DNA of 64,000 nucleotides, from contig JBMFSH010000011.1 in assembly GCA_049967655.1 (NCBI GenBank), forward strand, positions 13,781-77,780, written 5' to 3'. The notes under the pieces are model-generated. The model saw only the letters and a program-made list of their open reading frames with translations. It ran no database searches and was not told the origin of the DNA. This DNA is from Acidobacteriota bacterium (GTDB taxonomy: Bacteria; Acidobacteriota; UBA4820; DSQY01). A program made the position numbers and the translations under genes. Shown piece after piece: positions 36,179 through 45,039 of this stretch (positions within the stretch are counted from its first letter, which is position 1; the number at the start of each line of letters is the position of its first letter).

Positions 36179-37302
36179 TCAAACCTCAGGGGCATGACGA
36201 CGTACTTGTGGATCAACTCCCCCTCTCCACGCAGAGGCTGAAAGAGAACCTGGTAGTAAGGATCTCTCATGGCCATGACGATCTTCTCGGCATCACTCAC
36301 CGTGAGGAAGTCAATCAGATAATCCACGTTGAAGACGATGCCAATGGCCTCCCCCTCATAGCTCTCGCTGGTGAGGTATTCGCGACCCTCGTCGCCCGTC
36401 TCCTGATTGCGGACCATCACCTCCAAAGTCCCAGCAGGATCGAAGGCCACACTGACCGCCCTGGTCTTGCTCTCGGCCACCATGGAGACCCTCTTGAGCC
36501 TTTCCAGGAAAGCCGTCCGTGAGAGGATCGCCTTCTTGTCGGATTCGGCGGGCAGGACCTTCTCGTAAGCAGGGAAGGTCGTGTCCATGAGCCTGCTGTA
36601 GAGGAAGCGCCGGCCCATCTCCAGAAAAACGTGGTTGTCCCTGAAGGCGAGGGTGACGCCGTCGGCGTCCTCCAGCTTCAGAAACTCCGTCAGGGTCTTC
36701 CTAGGGATGAGCACGCGCAGAGGCTTCTCCACAGCCAGAGGGCCGTTCCACTGGGAATAGGTCAACCGGTGGGAGTCGGTGGAGACCATGGTGAGCTGAT
36801 CCGGTTCCAGGATCAGCAGGCCGCCCCGTACCGAGAAGCGGTTGTCCTCCACGCCGACAGAAACCAGAACCTCTGAAATGCAGCGCTTGAACACCGAGGT
36901 GGGAATCTTCAGTTGCTGGGTCTCTCCCGAGCCCAGAAGGGTGGGGTAGTCTTCCTCGGGAAGGGTCTGGAGGTGATACTCCTGCCTGCCTCCCACGGGC
37001 TGAAGAAAGAGTTTTCCTTCGGCCGTCGTCTTGAGGGATAGGGGTGCGTCGGAGGTGGCGAAGGCCCGCACGATGGAGCCGAATTTACGCGCTGGAACGG
37101 TGATTCCACCCGGGGAGACCACCTCGGCTGGGCACTGCGTTCGCAAGGTGACCTCCAGATCGGTGGCCGCCAGTTCCACGTGGTCCCCTTCCGCCTTCAG
37201 CAGCAGATTGGACAGGATGGGGATGGTGGCCTTGCTTTCGATGACGCCGAGCGCGAGGTTCAACTCGGACTGCAGGGCCCGCGCATCAACTCTGATGTCC
37301 AT
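36175..37302 (-). CDS. dnaN: DNA polymerase III beta clamp
   Basis: TIPILSN, ATDLE, STDSHRL, FPAYEKV, FN..YL.D, VVMPLR. Confidence 0.96.
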   Translation of the reverse strand: MDIRVDARALQSELNLALGVIESKATIPILSNLLLKAEGDHVELAATDLEVTLRTQCPAEVVSPGGITVPARKFGSIVRAFATSDAPLSLKTTAEGKLFLQPVGGRQEYHLQTLPEEDYPTLLGSGETQQLKIPTSVFKRCISEVLVSVGVEDNRFSVRGGLLILEPDQLTMVSTDSHRLTYSQWNGPLAVEKPLRVLIPRKTLTEFLKLEDADGVTLAFRDNHVFLEMGRRFLYSRLMDTTFPAYEKVLPAESDKKAILSRTAFLERLKRVSMVAESKTRAVSVAFDPAGTLEVMVRNQETGDEGREYLTSESYEGEAIGIVFNVDYLIDFLTVSDAEKIVMAMRDPYYQVLFQPLRGEGELIHKYVVMPLRFD

Positions 37303-37509
37303 AGGTATCCCTCCTAATCAGCAAAGAAGAAGTAGTAGGACCTGTGGATCCGTGAAAAAATGGCGTAACTGCTTGCGAAGTAGAGAAAAATCCTCTACTG
37401 GAAATTGTGGATAATACCGGCGGGACACCTGCAAAAACGACCTTACCTTCCCCCATAGCGTTTTTCCACATCCCTTCGACAGCCTGTTTTGCACAGCCGC
37501 CCCCTATCT
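37303..37509. promoter_or_regulatory. oriC: oriC (dnaA-dnaN intergenic region) with DnaA boxes and DnaA-trios
   Basis: Perfect TGTGGATAA 37406-37414; TTTTCCACA 37462-37470; TTTTGCACA 37487-37495; AAG AAG AAG TAG TAG GACC TGTGGATCC 37324-37351; locally AT-richer. Confidence 0.85.
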
Positions 37510-38853
37510 TCAGTGTAATGCCTGGATAAAATTGTGGATCTGCTGTTGAATTCCTGGGTCCTTGGCCATTCGCTCCTCCACCTTCCGAATGGAGTGAAGC
37601 ACCGTTGTATGATGCTTGCCGCCGAACTTGCGGCCGATCTCGGGAAGGGAGGCGTCGGTGAGTTCCTTGCATAGGTACATGGCCAGCTGCCGCGGCACGA
37701 CCACGTCGGCCTTATTGGTCTTGGCCTTCAGGTCCGCCAGCTTCATCTTGAAGGCGGCCGCCACGTGCTTCTGAATGGCCTCCACGGTGAGGGCGTGACC
37801 GTCCTCGTGAAAGAGGCTCTGAAAGGTCTCACGGGCGAGATCGAGGGTGATCGGCTTGCCCTTGAAGTTGGAGAAGGCAATCAGCCTGAGCAGGCACCCT
37901 TCCAACTCGCGGATGTTGCTCTTGATTCTGCTGGCGATGAAGAGGGCCACCTCCTCGGGGATGGCAATCTTGTGGGCCTCCGCCTTCTTGTACAGGATGG
38001 CCACCTTGGTTTCCAGCTCCGGGGGCTGGATGTCGGCGATCAGGCCCCATTCGAAGCGGGAGCGCAGCCGCTCCTCGATGCTCTGCAGGTCTCGCGGCGG
38101 GCAGTCGCTGGAGAGGACGATCTGCTTCTGCGCCTCGTGGAGAGCGTTGAACGTATGAAAGAGCTCCTCCTGGGTCCCGGCCTTGCCGGCCAGGAACTGC
38201 ACGTCATCCAACAGAAGGACGTCCACCTGCCGGTATCGTTCACGGAACTCCGGCTGCTGCCGGTGCGCGATGGAGCTGATCATCTCGTTCATGAACCGCT
38301 CGGTGGAGAGGTAGGAGATTCGGAGAGAGGGAAAGTGGGTGAGCAGCTCCTGGCCGATGGACTGCATGAGGTGGGTCTTGCCGAGCCCCACACCGCCGTA
38401 GATGTAAAGCGGATTGTAGGACTTGGAGGGAGTCTGGGCCACGGCCTGGCATGCGGCGAAGGCGAATCGGTTGGAGGGGCCGACGACGAAGGAGTCGAAC
38501 CTGTAGTTCGAATTGAGGCTGAACGGACGCCCCGCCGGGGCGCCGGTCTTGGGCCGCGTCTCGGACGGGAGAACGACTGGCGCGGAAAGAACCAGGTCCT
38601 GGGAGGGATCATCGGAGAGGTCCACCAGCTCCACGGTCACCTCTCCTAGCCCCAGCTCCTGGGCCACCTCAGAAAACAAACTGGAGTAGTGATTCTCGAT
38701 CCACTCCCTGAACAGGGGGTTGGGCACTTGGACGTACAGTCTGTGTCCGTCCATACGAAGGCACTTGAGGGGCTTGAACCAAGTGCTGAAGTTGGTCTCG
38801 GAAACCCTGCCTTTGACGCCGTTCAGCAGTTTGGTCCACGTGTTGGAGGACAT
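37510..38853 (-). CDS. dnaA: Chromosomal replication initiator DnaA
   Basis: FDSFVVG.SN, YNPLYIYGGVGLGKTHL, LLDDVQF, RLRSRFEWGL, NIRELEG, HTTV. Confidence 0.98.
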   Translation of the reverse strand: MSSNTWTKLLNGVKGRVSETNFSTWFKPLKCLRMDGHRLYVQVPNPLFREWIENHYSSLFSEVAQELGLGEVTVELVDLSDDPSQDLVLSAPVVLPSETRPKTGAPAGRPFSLNSNYRFDSFVVGPSNRFAFAACQAVAQTPSKSYNPLYIYGGVGLGKTHLMQSIGQELLTHFPSLRISYLSTERFMNEMISSIAHRQQPEFRERYRQVDVLLLDDVQFLAGKAGTQEELFHTFNALHEAQKQIVLSSDCPPRDLQSIEERLRSRFEWGLIADIQPPELETKVAILYKKAEAHKIAIPEEVALFIASRIKSNIRELEGCLLRLIAFSNFKGKPITLDLARETFQSLFHEDGHALTVEAIQKHVAAAFKMKLADLKAKTNKADVVVPRQLAMYLCKELTDASLPEIGRKFGGKHHTTVLHSIRKVEERMAKDPGIQQQIHNFIQALH

Positions 38854-38885
38854 GTTTTCACAGCCTTATGCACAGATGTGGAAAA
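38854..38885. promoter_or_regulatory. DnaA-box cluster abutting the dnaA start codon
   Basis: GTTTTCACA 38854-38862, TTATGCACA 38866-38874, TGTGGAAAA 38877-38885. Confidence 0.7.
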
Positions 38886-39135
38886 CTCCGCCGTGCTCTC
38901 TCCCGGGTCCCGAAGCGGGCGCGAAATCAGAACTCCCGTCCCGGGCCTGGTGCAAACCGGCCGTGAAGAGAGAGTTTTGCCCCTGGGATCGCGGCTGCGT
39001 TCGGAGCACTCCCTTCCCTGGACCCGGACGACCAGTACCATTTCTAGTATGCCCCCGGACCTCCCTCGAAGGGAAGTCCCCCTCCACCGTCGGGGGCGCC
39101 CCCTAAGCTTGGCTCTTTCGACAAGAAGACTTACG

Positions 39136-40803
39136 ATGAAAGCAGGGGCAGGGGAGAAGGCGGGGCCGTTCGCGGAAAGGCGGTGGTTCGTGGGGACGAA
39201 GCAGCAGGTGGGGAACAGCAAGGCCAGCAAGAGCGCAGCCGGAGGGAAGGCCCGGCCGGCTCCCGCCTTCCCGCTCCGCTGCGCGGCCGTGGATGTGGGC
39301 ACCAACGCCCTGCGGTACCTGGCCGTCGAATTCAGCGCCCCGGGTCAGTTTCGCGTCTTGGAGAATCTCCGTAACGCGGTGAGGCTGGGCCACGGAGTTT
39401 TCCTGAGCGGACGACTCGCGGAGGAGCAGGCGGCCGAGGCCTTGGAGGTCCTCAAAAGCTATCGAGAGCGCATGGATGCCCTATCCATCTCGCGCTACAG
39501 GGCCGTGGCCACCAGCGCCGTGAGAGAGAGCGCAAACGGAGCAGCCTTCCTAGCTCAGGTGAGGCAGGTCGCCAAGATCGACCTCGAGACCATCCACGGC
39601 TCCGAGGAGGCGAGGCTGGTTCACCGGGCCGTGAAGAGCCGAATCGACCTCGGGACCGCCTACTGGATGCTGGTGGACCTGGGCGGCGGCAGCGTGGAGG
39701 TCTCCCTCGTCGACGCCAGCGGCCTTCAGTGGAGCGAATCCCACACCATGGGCTCGGTTCGCTTGCTGGAGGAGCTCACGGGGAGCGCCCGGGACCGAGG
39801 GCGATTCCTGCGACTGCTCACGGAGTACGCGGGAACCCTGCGGGTGCGCTCCGGGCTGGAAGAGGTGCGGCCCTCGGGCTACATCGCCACAGGGGGGAAT
39901 ATCGAGACGCTTGCGGAGATGGCCACGGCGGTGCCGGACGCCGCCGGCGTCAGCCGACTCCCCGTGGAAGACCTGGCGAGGCTCATTCAGCGGCTCTCCT
40001 CCCTGAGCTACCGCGAGCGCGTGGAGAAGCTGGGCCTGCGAGAGGACCGGGCCGACGTGATCCTCCCCGCCGCCATCATCTACGAGCGCCTAGCTACCCT
40101 GGCTCAGGCCAGGGAGATCCTCGTGCCCTACGTGGGCGTCAAGGAGGGCATCGTGCTGGATCTTGCGGACGGGGCGTCGCCGCTCGGGGCGGGGCAGGTG
40201 CGGCAGGCGGAGCAGCAGGTGGCGAGGACCGCCGTGGCCCTCGGGCGCAAGTACCACTTCGACGAGCCCCACGCCCTCCACGTGGCGTCGCTCGCCCTCT
40301 CGCTCTTCGACCAGACGCTCGCGGTGCATGGCATGGGCGAGGAGGAGCGGCGGATCCTGCACGCCGCGGCGCTCCTGCACGACATCGGCTCCTTTGTCAG
40401 CTACACGCGGCACCACAAGCACTCGCTCTACCTGATCGCCCACTCCAACCTGGCCGGCTTCACGCCGAGGGAGACGCTCATGGCGGCCAACGTGGCCCGC
40501 TACCACCGGCGGAGCTTTCCCAAGCCCCAGCACGAGCCCTTCACGGCGCTGCAGAAGGACGACCGGGACAAGGTCTCGGCTCTGGCCGCCCTGCTGCGCC
40601 TGGCGGACGCCATGGACCGGGAACACCGGCAGAGGGTGGAGCGGATCAAGGTCAGCGTGAGCCGATGGGCCCTGAAGGTGGGGCTGGAGGGCCAGGGAGA
40701 CCTCCTGCTGGAGGCCTGGGCGCTGAAGAGGAAATCGGACCTGCTCCAGAAGGTCTTCGGGAGGCCCGTCGAGGTGGCGCGCCTTGAGAAGGGGGGGAAA
40801 TGA
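39136..40803 (+). CDS. ppx: Ppx/GppA exopolyphosphatase with HD domain (start uncertain)
   Basis: AVDVGTN, VRLG, ATSAVRE, GSEEARL, DLGGGSVE, RADVI, LLHDIG, HHKHS. Confidence 0.92.
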   Translation: MKAGAGEKAGPFAERRWFVGTKQQVGNSKASKSAAGGKARPAPAFPLRCAAVDVGTNALRYLAVEFSAPGQFRVLENLRNAVRLGHGVFLSGRLAEEQAAEALEVLKSYRERMDALSISRYRAVATSAVRESANGAAFLAQVRQVAKIDLETIHGSEEARLVHRAVKSRIDLGTAYWMLVDLGGGSVEVSLVDASGLQWSESHTMGSVRLLEELTGSARDRGRFLRLLTEYAGTLRVRSGLEEVRPSGYIATGGNIETLAEMATAVPDAAGVSRLPVEDLARLIQRLSSLSYRERVEKLGLREDRADVILPAAIIYERLATLAQAREILVPYVGVKEGIVLDLADGASPLGAGQVRQAEQQVARTAVALGRKYHFDEPHALHVASLALSLFDQTLAVHGMGEEERRILHAAALLHDIGSFVSYTRHHKHSLYLIAHSNLAGFTPRETLMAANVARYHRRSFPKPQHEPFTALQKDDRDKVSALAALLRLADAMDREHRQRVERIKVSVSRWALKVGLEGQGDLLLEAWALKRKSDLLQKVFGRPVEVARLEKGGK

Positions 40804-41486
40804 TGGACAGGGCGGGTGAACACCTCCCCGGCAAGCTCGTCGCCGTGGAGGGGCTGGACGGCTCGGGGAAATCCACGCAGGTCTACCTGCTCTTCCGCTG
40901 GCTTCAGAGCCGCGGCTGCCGGGTCTTTTTCACGGAGTGGAACTCCTCGCTGCTCGTGCGGGAGGCCACCCGCAAGGGGAAGCGGCGGCAACTTTTGACC
41001 CCCACGACCTTCAGTCTGATCCACGCCACCGATTTCGCCGACCGGTACGAGCGCCAGATCCTCCCCCTCCTGAGGGCGGGCTACATCGTGCTCTGCGACC
41101 GCTACATGTTCACCTCCTTCGCCAGGGATGCGGTGAGGGGGTGCGACCCCGCGTGGCTGCGGCGGATGTACGGCTTCGCCAGGGTTCCGGACATCACCTT
41201 CTTCTTCAGGCTCCCCCTCGAGGTGGCCCTGGGCCGCATCCTGGAGGGGCGGCCCAAGCTGAAGTACTTCGAGGCGGGCATGGACCTGGGCCTGAGCCCA
41301 GACATCACGGAGAGCTTCCGCCTCTTTCAGGGGCGGGTCCTCGAGCAGTACCTCGCCATGGCCGAGGAGTTCGGGTTCACCGTCCTGGACGCCACCCGGC
41401 CGGTCCACAGCCAGCAGCAGGTCGTGCGCCAGATCGTGAACCAGAAGCTGGACCTGGCCACCTTCCACAAGAGGTTCGTGCAATGA
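40800..41486 (+). CDS. Thymidylate-kinase-like protein A
   Basis: P-loop VEGLDGSGKST, VLCDRY, PDITF; overlaps the ppx stop. Confidence 0.88.
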   Translation: MMDRAGEHLPGKLVAVEGLDGSGKSTQVYLLFRWLQSRGCRVFFTEWNSSLLVREATRKGKRRQLLTPTTFSLIHATDFADRYERQILPLLRAGYIVLCDRYMFTSFARDAVRGCDPAWLRRMYGFARVPDITFFFRLPLEVALGRILEGRPKLKYFEAGMDLGLSPDITESFRLFQGRVLEQYLAMAEEFGFTVLDATRPVHSQQQVVRQIVNQKLDLATFHKRFVQ

Positions 41487-42196
41487 GCGCCAAACGGTGC
41501 TTCGGCAATGCCCCGGCGGGGGTGGACGTCTCCAAGCTCTCGGGCTCCCTGATCGTCATCGAGGGGCCCGACAGCTCGGGCCGTTCCACCCAGATCGCCC
41601 TCCTGACCGAGTGGCTGGAGCAGCAGGGCTACGCCGTGGAGCAGGTGGGCCTCAAGCGCTCCACGCTCGTGGGGCCGGAGCTGGAGCAGGCCAAGCAGGG
41701 CAACGTCCTGAGCCCCCGGACCCTCTCGCTCTTCTACGCCACCGATTTCTTCGACCAGCTCGAGAACCGCATCGTGCCCGCCCTGAGAGCCGGCTTCGTG
41801 GTGCTGGCGGACCGCTACATCTACACCCTGATGGCGAGGGACATCGCGCGAGGGGCCGAGCCCGAATGGGTCTCCTCCATCTACTCGCTCGCCCTGGTGC
41901 CGGACGCGGTCTTCTACCTCATGGTCTCGCTGCGCACGCTCGTGGAGCGGACCTTCCAGTCGCACGCCGACCTGGACTACTGGGAATCCGGGATGGACTG
42001 CGGCCTTTCGAGGGACTGGTTTCAGAGCTTCGTGAAGTACCAGCGCCGCATGCGCACGGAGTTCATCCGCATGCAGAAGCAGTACGGATTCGTGCCCATC
42101 AACGCCAACCGCAGCGTGATCACCGTTCAGAAGGACCTGAAGGCCCACATCCAGGAGGTTCTGGACAAGTTCGAAAAGCCCGTGTACCATGGGTGA
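41483..42196 (+). CDS. Thymidylate-kinase-like protein B (variant P-loop)
   Basis: IEGPDSSGRST, VLADRY, PDAVF; paralogue of the upstream gene; ATGA overlap. Confidence 0.88.
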   Translation: MSAKRCFGNAPAGVDVSKLSGSLIVIEGPDSSGRSTQIALLTEWLEQQGYAVEQVGLKRSTLVGPELEQAKQGNVLSPRTLSLFYATDFFDQLENRIVPALRAGFVVLADRYIYTLMARDIARGAEPEWVSSIYSLALVPDAVFYLMVSLRTLVERTFQSHADLDYWESGMDCGLSRDWFQSFVKYQRRMRTEFIRMQKQYGFVPINANRSVITVQKDLKAHIQEVLDKFEKPVYHG

Positions 42197-42626
42197 CATG
42201 ACTGAACCCGTCAGAGAATCCAAGCTGGGGAGCCGACCCGCTCCCGGGAAAAGCAAGGCCGCCGAGCCCGTCCCGAAGGGGAAGGCCAAGGCGGCGGGCG
42301 CGGCGCGCGTCTCGGCCGATGGCCGGCGAAAGAAGCTGGGCCTTGCCGTGGCCGAAGAGCTCCAGGCCACGAGGGGGATCCTGCGCGAGGCGGGCGAGGC
42401 CGTGCTGGTCCGCCTGGACGCCGAGCTGGCCGCCATGGCCTCCTACCTGAGGGGCGAGGAGCTGGAGGGGGAGCACCCCCGGCTTCCCTCGCCGCGCACG
42501 CTCGCCGCCATGGTGGAGGAGTGCCGGGCGCTCAAGGTGAAGCCCAAGAAGGGGCGCGTGAAGGACCTGGCCCGCATTGAGGCCCTGCTGAAGGCCCTCT
42601 CGGCCATGATGCCGCCCGAAGCCTGA
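42189..42626 (+). CDS. Hypothetical basic helical protein
   Basis: In-operon ORF overlapping the upstream stop; C-terminal LKVKPKKGRVKDLARIE. Confidence 0.7.
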   Translation: MGDMTEPVRESKLGSRPAPGKSKAAEPVPKGKAKAAGAARVSADGRRKKLGLAVAEELQATRGILREAGEAVLVRLDAELAAMASYLRGEELEGEHPRLPSPRTLAAMVEECRALKVKPKKGRVKDLARIEALLKALSAMMPPEA

Positions 42627-42654
42627 TGAGCCCGTCCGGCGGGAGGAGTGCGCC

Positions 42655-43380
42655 GTGAGGGTCGCTTTTCTCTCCGACGTCCACGCCAACCTGCCCGCCC
42701 TCTGCCGCGCACTGGAGTCCGCCCGGCGGAACGGCGCCGAGTTCCTCTTCTGCGCCGGCGACCTCGTGGGCGGAGGGCCCCATCCCACCGAGGTGGTCCG
42801 CCTCCTCATGGAGCGCGAGATCCCCTGCATCCTGGGCAACGTGGACCGCAAGGTGCTCTCCCTGGGGCGGGATCCCAAGCGGCTCCGCAGACGAATCCGC
42901 GAGGGCAAGGGGGCCGTGGCGGCCTGGGCGGCCCTCTCCCTCGGCGAGGCGGAGTGCGCCTGGCTTACCTCCCGGCCCGCGGAGCTGAGGCTGACCCTCG
43001 GCGGGACCGACGCGTGGATCGTCCACGGCAGCCCCCTATCGGATGAGGACTATCTCTATCCCAGCCTCACGACCAGGGCCCTGGGGCCGAGGCTCAAGGG
43101 TGAGCGGCCCGGCCTGCTCGTCTGCGGCCACACGCACATCCCCTTCGCTCGGGCCGTGGGGGCGGTACGCGTCGTCAATTGCGGATCCGTGGGGCGCCCC
43201 ATCGACGGCGACCCCAGGGGCTCCTACGCCCTCTGCGATTTCGGGGGTGGAAGACGGCTGCAGAGCCGCATCGTTCGCTTCACCTATCCCGTGGAGGCGC
43301 TCGTGGCCGACCTGGAGTCCCGGGACGTGCCCAAGAGCCACCCGGCTTTCTACCGGACGGGGAGGGGCCACGCCCTCTGA
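42655..43380 (+). CDS. Calcineurin-like metallophosphoesterase
   Basis: SDVHAN, GDLVG, GNVD, VHGSP, GHTH, NCGSVG.P. Confidence 0.9.
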   Translation: MRVAFLSDVHANLPALCRALESARRNGAEFLFCAGDLVGGGPHPTEVVRLLMEREIPCILGNVDRKVLSLGRDPKRLRRRIREGKGAVAAWAALSLGEAECAWLTSRPAELRLTLGGTDAWIVHGSPLSDEDYLYPSLTTRALGPRLKGERPGLLVCGHTHIPFARAVGAVRVVNCGSVGRPIDGDPRGSYALCDFGGGRRLQSRIVRFTYPVEALVADLESRDVPKSHPAFYRTGRGHAL

Positions 43381-43419
43381 CGGGCCTCGGCGCCGGGAGG
43401 GCGGGAAGGGAGGCGAGAG

Positions 43420-45030
43420 GTGGAGGGATCGGGGCGCTCCATTTCATTCCGCCTACCCGCCGCGCGGAGCCTGGCGGGGCTGTTGCGCGCCCTCAAGGGC
43501 GTGGGGTACGTCGCAGGCCCGGTGGGCCGGACCGCCTACCGCACCCTCTTCTTCGAAACCCAGGACGGGCGGCTCTTCCGTGCGGGGCTTCGCCTCGGCC
43601 TCGGCCTCCGGAAGGGGCGGCCCGTCTGGCGCCAGGAGGGGACGGGCGCCCCCTTGGAGACCCCGGCGCCGACGGCCCTCACCGCCGCGCTGGAGGGACG
43701 CGCCTGGCTGGAAGCCTCGGCGGCCGGATGCCCCGAGGCCGCGGCTTCGGCGGCGGGACCGCGTAGGCTTCTTCCCCTGGTGCGCTTGGCGGGCCGGCGC
43801 TCCGAGGCGGACCTGGCCTCGCCATCGGGGGCCGGGCTGGATGTGAGCCTGGACGTCTTCTGGGCGGCCTCTCCGGGCGAAGCACCGCGTCGGGAGGGGC
43901 CTCCCCTGCGCCTCCTGACCGTGCGCCTGTCGGAGGGGGAGCCGGCGGCGCTCCAACACGCGGCGGCCTTCCTCCGGGACCTGCTCCGCCTGGAGCCTTA
44001 CGAGGGGGACGCCTGCTCGGCGGGGCTTTTAGCCGTCGACCTCTCCCAGCCGGGGGCGCCGCTTCCGGCCCGGCTGGCGGTCCTTCCCACGGACCGCATG
44101 GCCGAGGCGGCGCGCAAGGTCGTGGAGCGGCAGGCGCTCTTGATGGAGAGGAATTCGGCCGGCACCCGTCTGGACCTGGATCCCGAGTACCTGCACGACC
44201 TTCGCGTGGCCACGCGGCGGCTGCGGGCGGCCCTCCGCCTCTTCGGCGCCGTGCTCGGCGTGCGCCGGGCCGAGGCCCTGCGCTGCGAGCTGCGATGGAT
44301 CGGCGGTCTTCTTGGGGGAGTGCGGGATCTGGATGTGCAGCTCCGCGACCTGGAGCCCTTCGGGGAGCGGCTGGGAGAGGCCGAGCGGGTGCTGGCCGTG
44401 CTCCGGACTGAGCTCCTGGTGCGGAGAGGCCCCGCGCTGGAGGCCCTCCGGTCGGCCCTGGCGAGCCGGCGCTACGCCTCGCTCCTACGGCGCCTGCTCG
44501 CCCTGGGGAGCTCGCCTGTCCCCAAGCGCCTCCCGGCCGGGGGTGCGCTTCCCGTCCTCGCGGCCGCCCCGCCCCTGATTCAACGGGCCGCCCGGCGCGT
44601 CTTTCGGGTGGGCCGCGCCGTGACGCCCCAGAGCCCGCCTCCGGAGCTACACCGGCTGCGCATCCTCTTCAAGCGCCTGCGCTACACCTGCGAGTTCTTC
44701 CGGGAGGCCTTCCCCGAGGTCCTGCCGGAGCTCATCGAGTCCATGGTCCGGTTCCAGGACTGCCTGGGGGAGCACCAGGACGCGGTGGTGGCCATGGCCC
44801 GCATCCAGGACTTGGCCCGCCAACTGGTGGCCCGGGGCCGCATGGCGCCGGAGGAGCTTCTGGACCTGGGCGGACTCATCCAGGTGCACCGCGAGGTGGC
44901 CCGCGACCGCAGGGCTCGCCTGGCGGGGCTCTGGAAGGGTTTCGACCGGCCCTCCGTGCGCCGGGCCCTGGCCGGCCTGGGCGCGCCGGCGCCGGAGGGC
45001 CGTGAAACAACCGGCCGCCCGATGGCGTAG
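43420..45030 (+). CDS. CHAD domain protein with degenerate CYTH-like N-terminus
   Basis: FFETQDGRL...GLRL; LHDLRVATRRLR, LGGVRDLDV, LHRLRI..KRLRY..E, QDCLGEHQD. Confidence 0.9.
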   Translation: MEGSGRSISFRLPAARSLAGLLRALKGVGYVAGPVGRTAYRTLFFETQDGRLFRAGLRLGLGLRKGRPVWRQEGTGAPLETPAPTALTAALEGRAWLEASAAGCPEAAASAAGPRRLLPLVRLAGRRSEADLASPSGAGLDVSLDVFWAASPGEAPRREGPPLRLLTVRLSEGEPAALQHAAAFLRDLLRLEPYEGDACSAGLLAVDLSQPGAPLPARLAVLPTDRMAEAARKVVERQALLMERNSAGTRLDLDPEYLHDLRVATRRLRAALRLFGAVLGVRRAEALRCELRWIGGLLGGVRDLDVQLRDLEPFGERLGEAERVLAVLRTELLVRRGPALEALRSALASRRYASLLRRLLALGSSPVPKRLPAGGALPVLAAAPPLIQRAARRVFRVGRAVTPQSPPPELHRLRILFKRLRYTCEFFREAFPEVLPELIESMVRFQDCLGEHQDAVVAMARIQDLARQLVARGRMAPEELLDLGGLIQVHREVARDRRARLAGLWKGFDRPSVRRALAGLGAPAPEGRETTGRPMA

Positions 45031-45039
45031 AATGGGCTC

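Noticed and set aside
38689..39135. N-terminal extension of the 704-aa ppx ORF
   Set aside because: Overlaps dnaA and its DnaA boxes; Ppx homology starts only near 39270.
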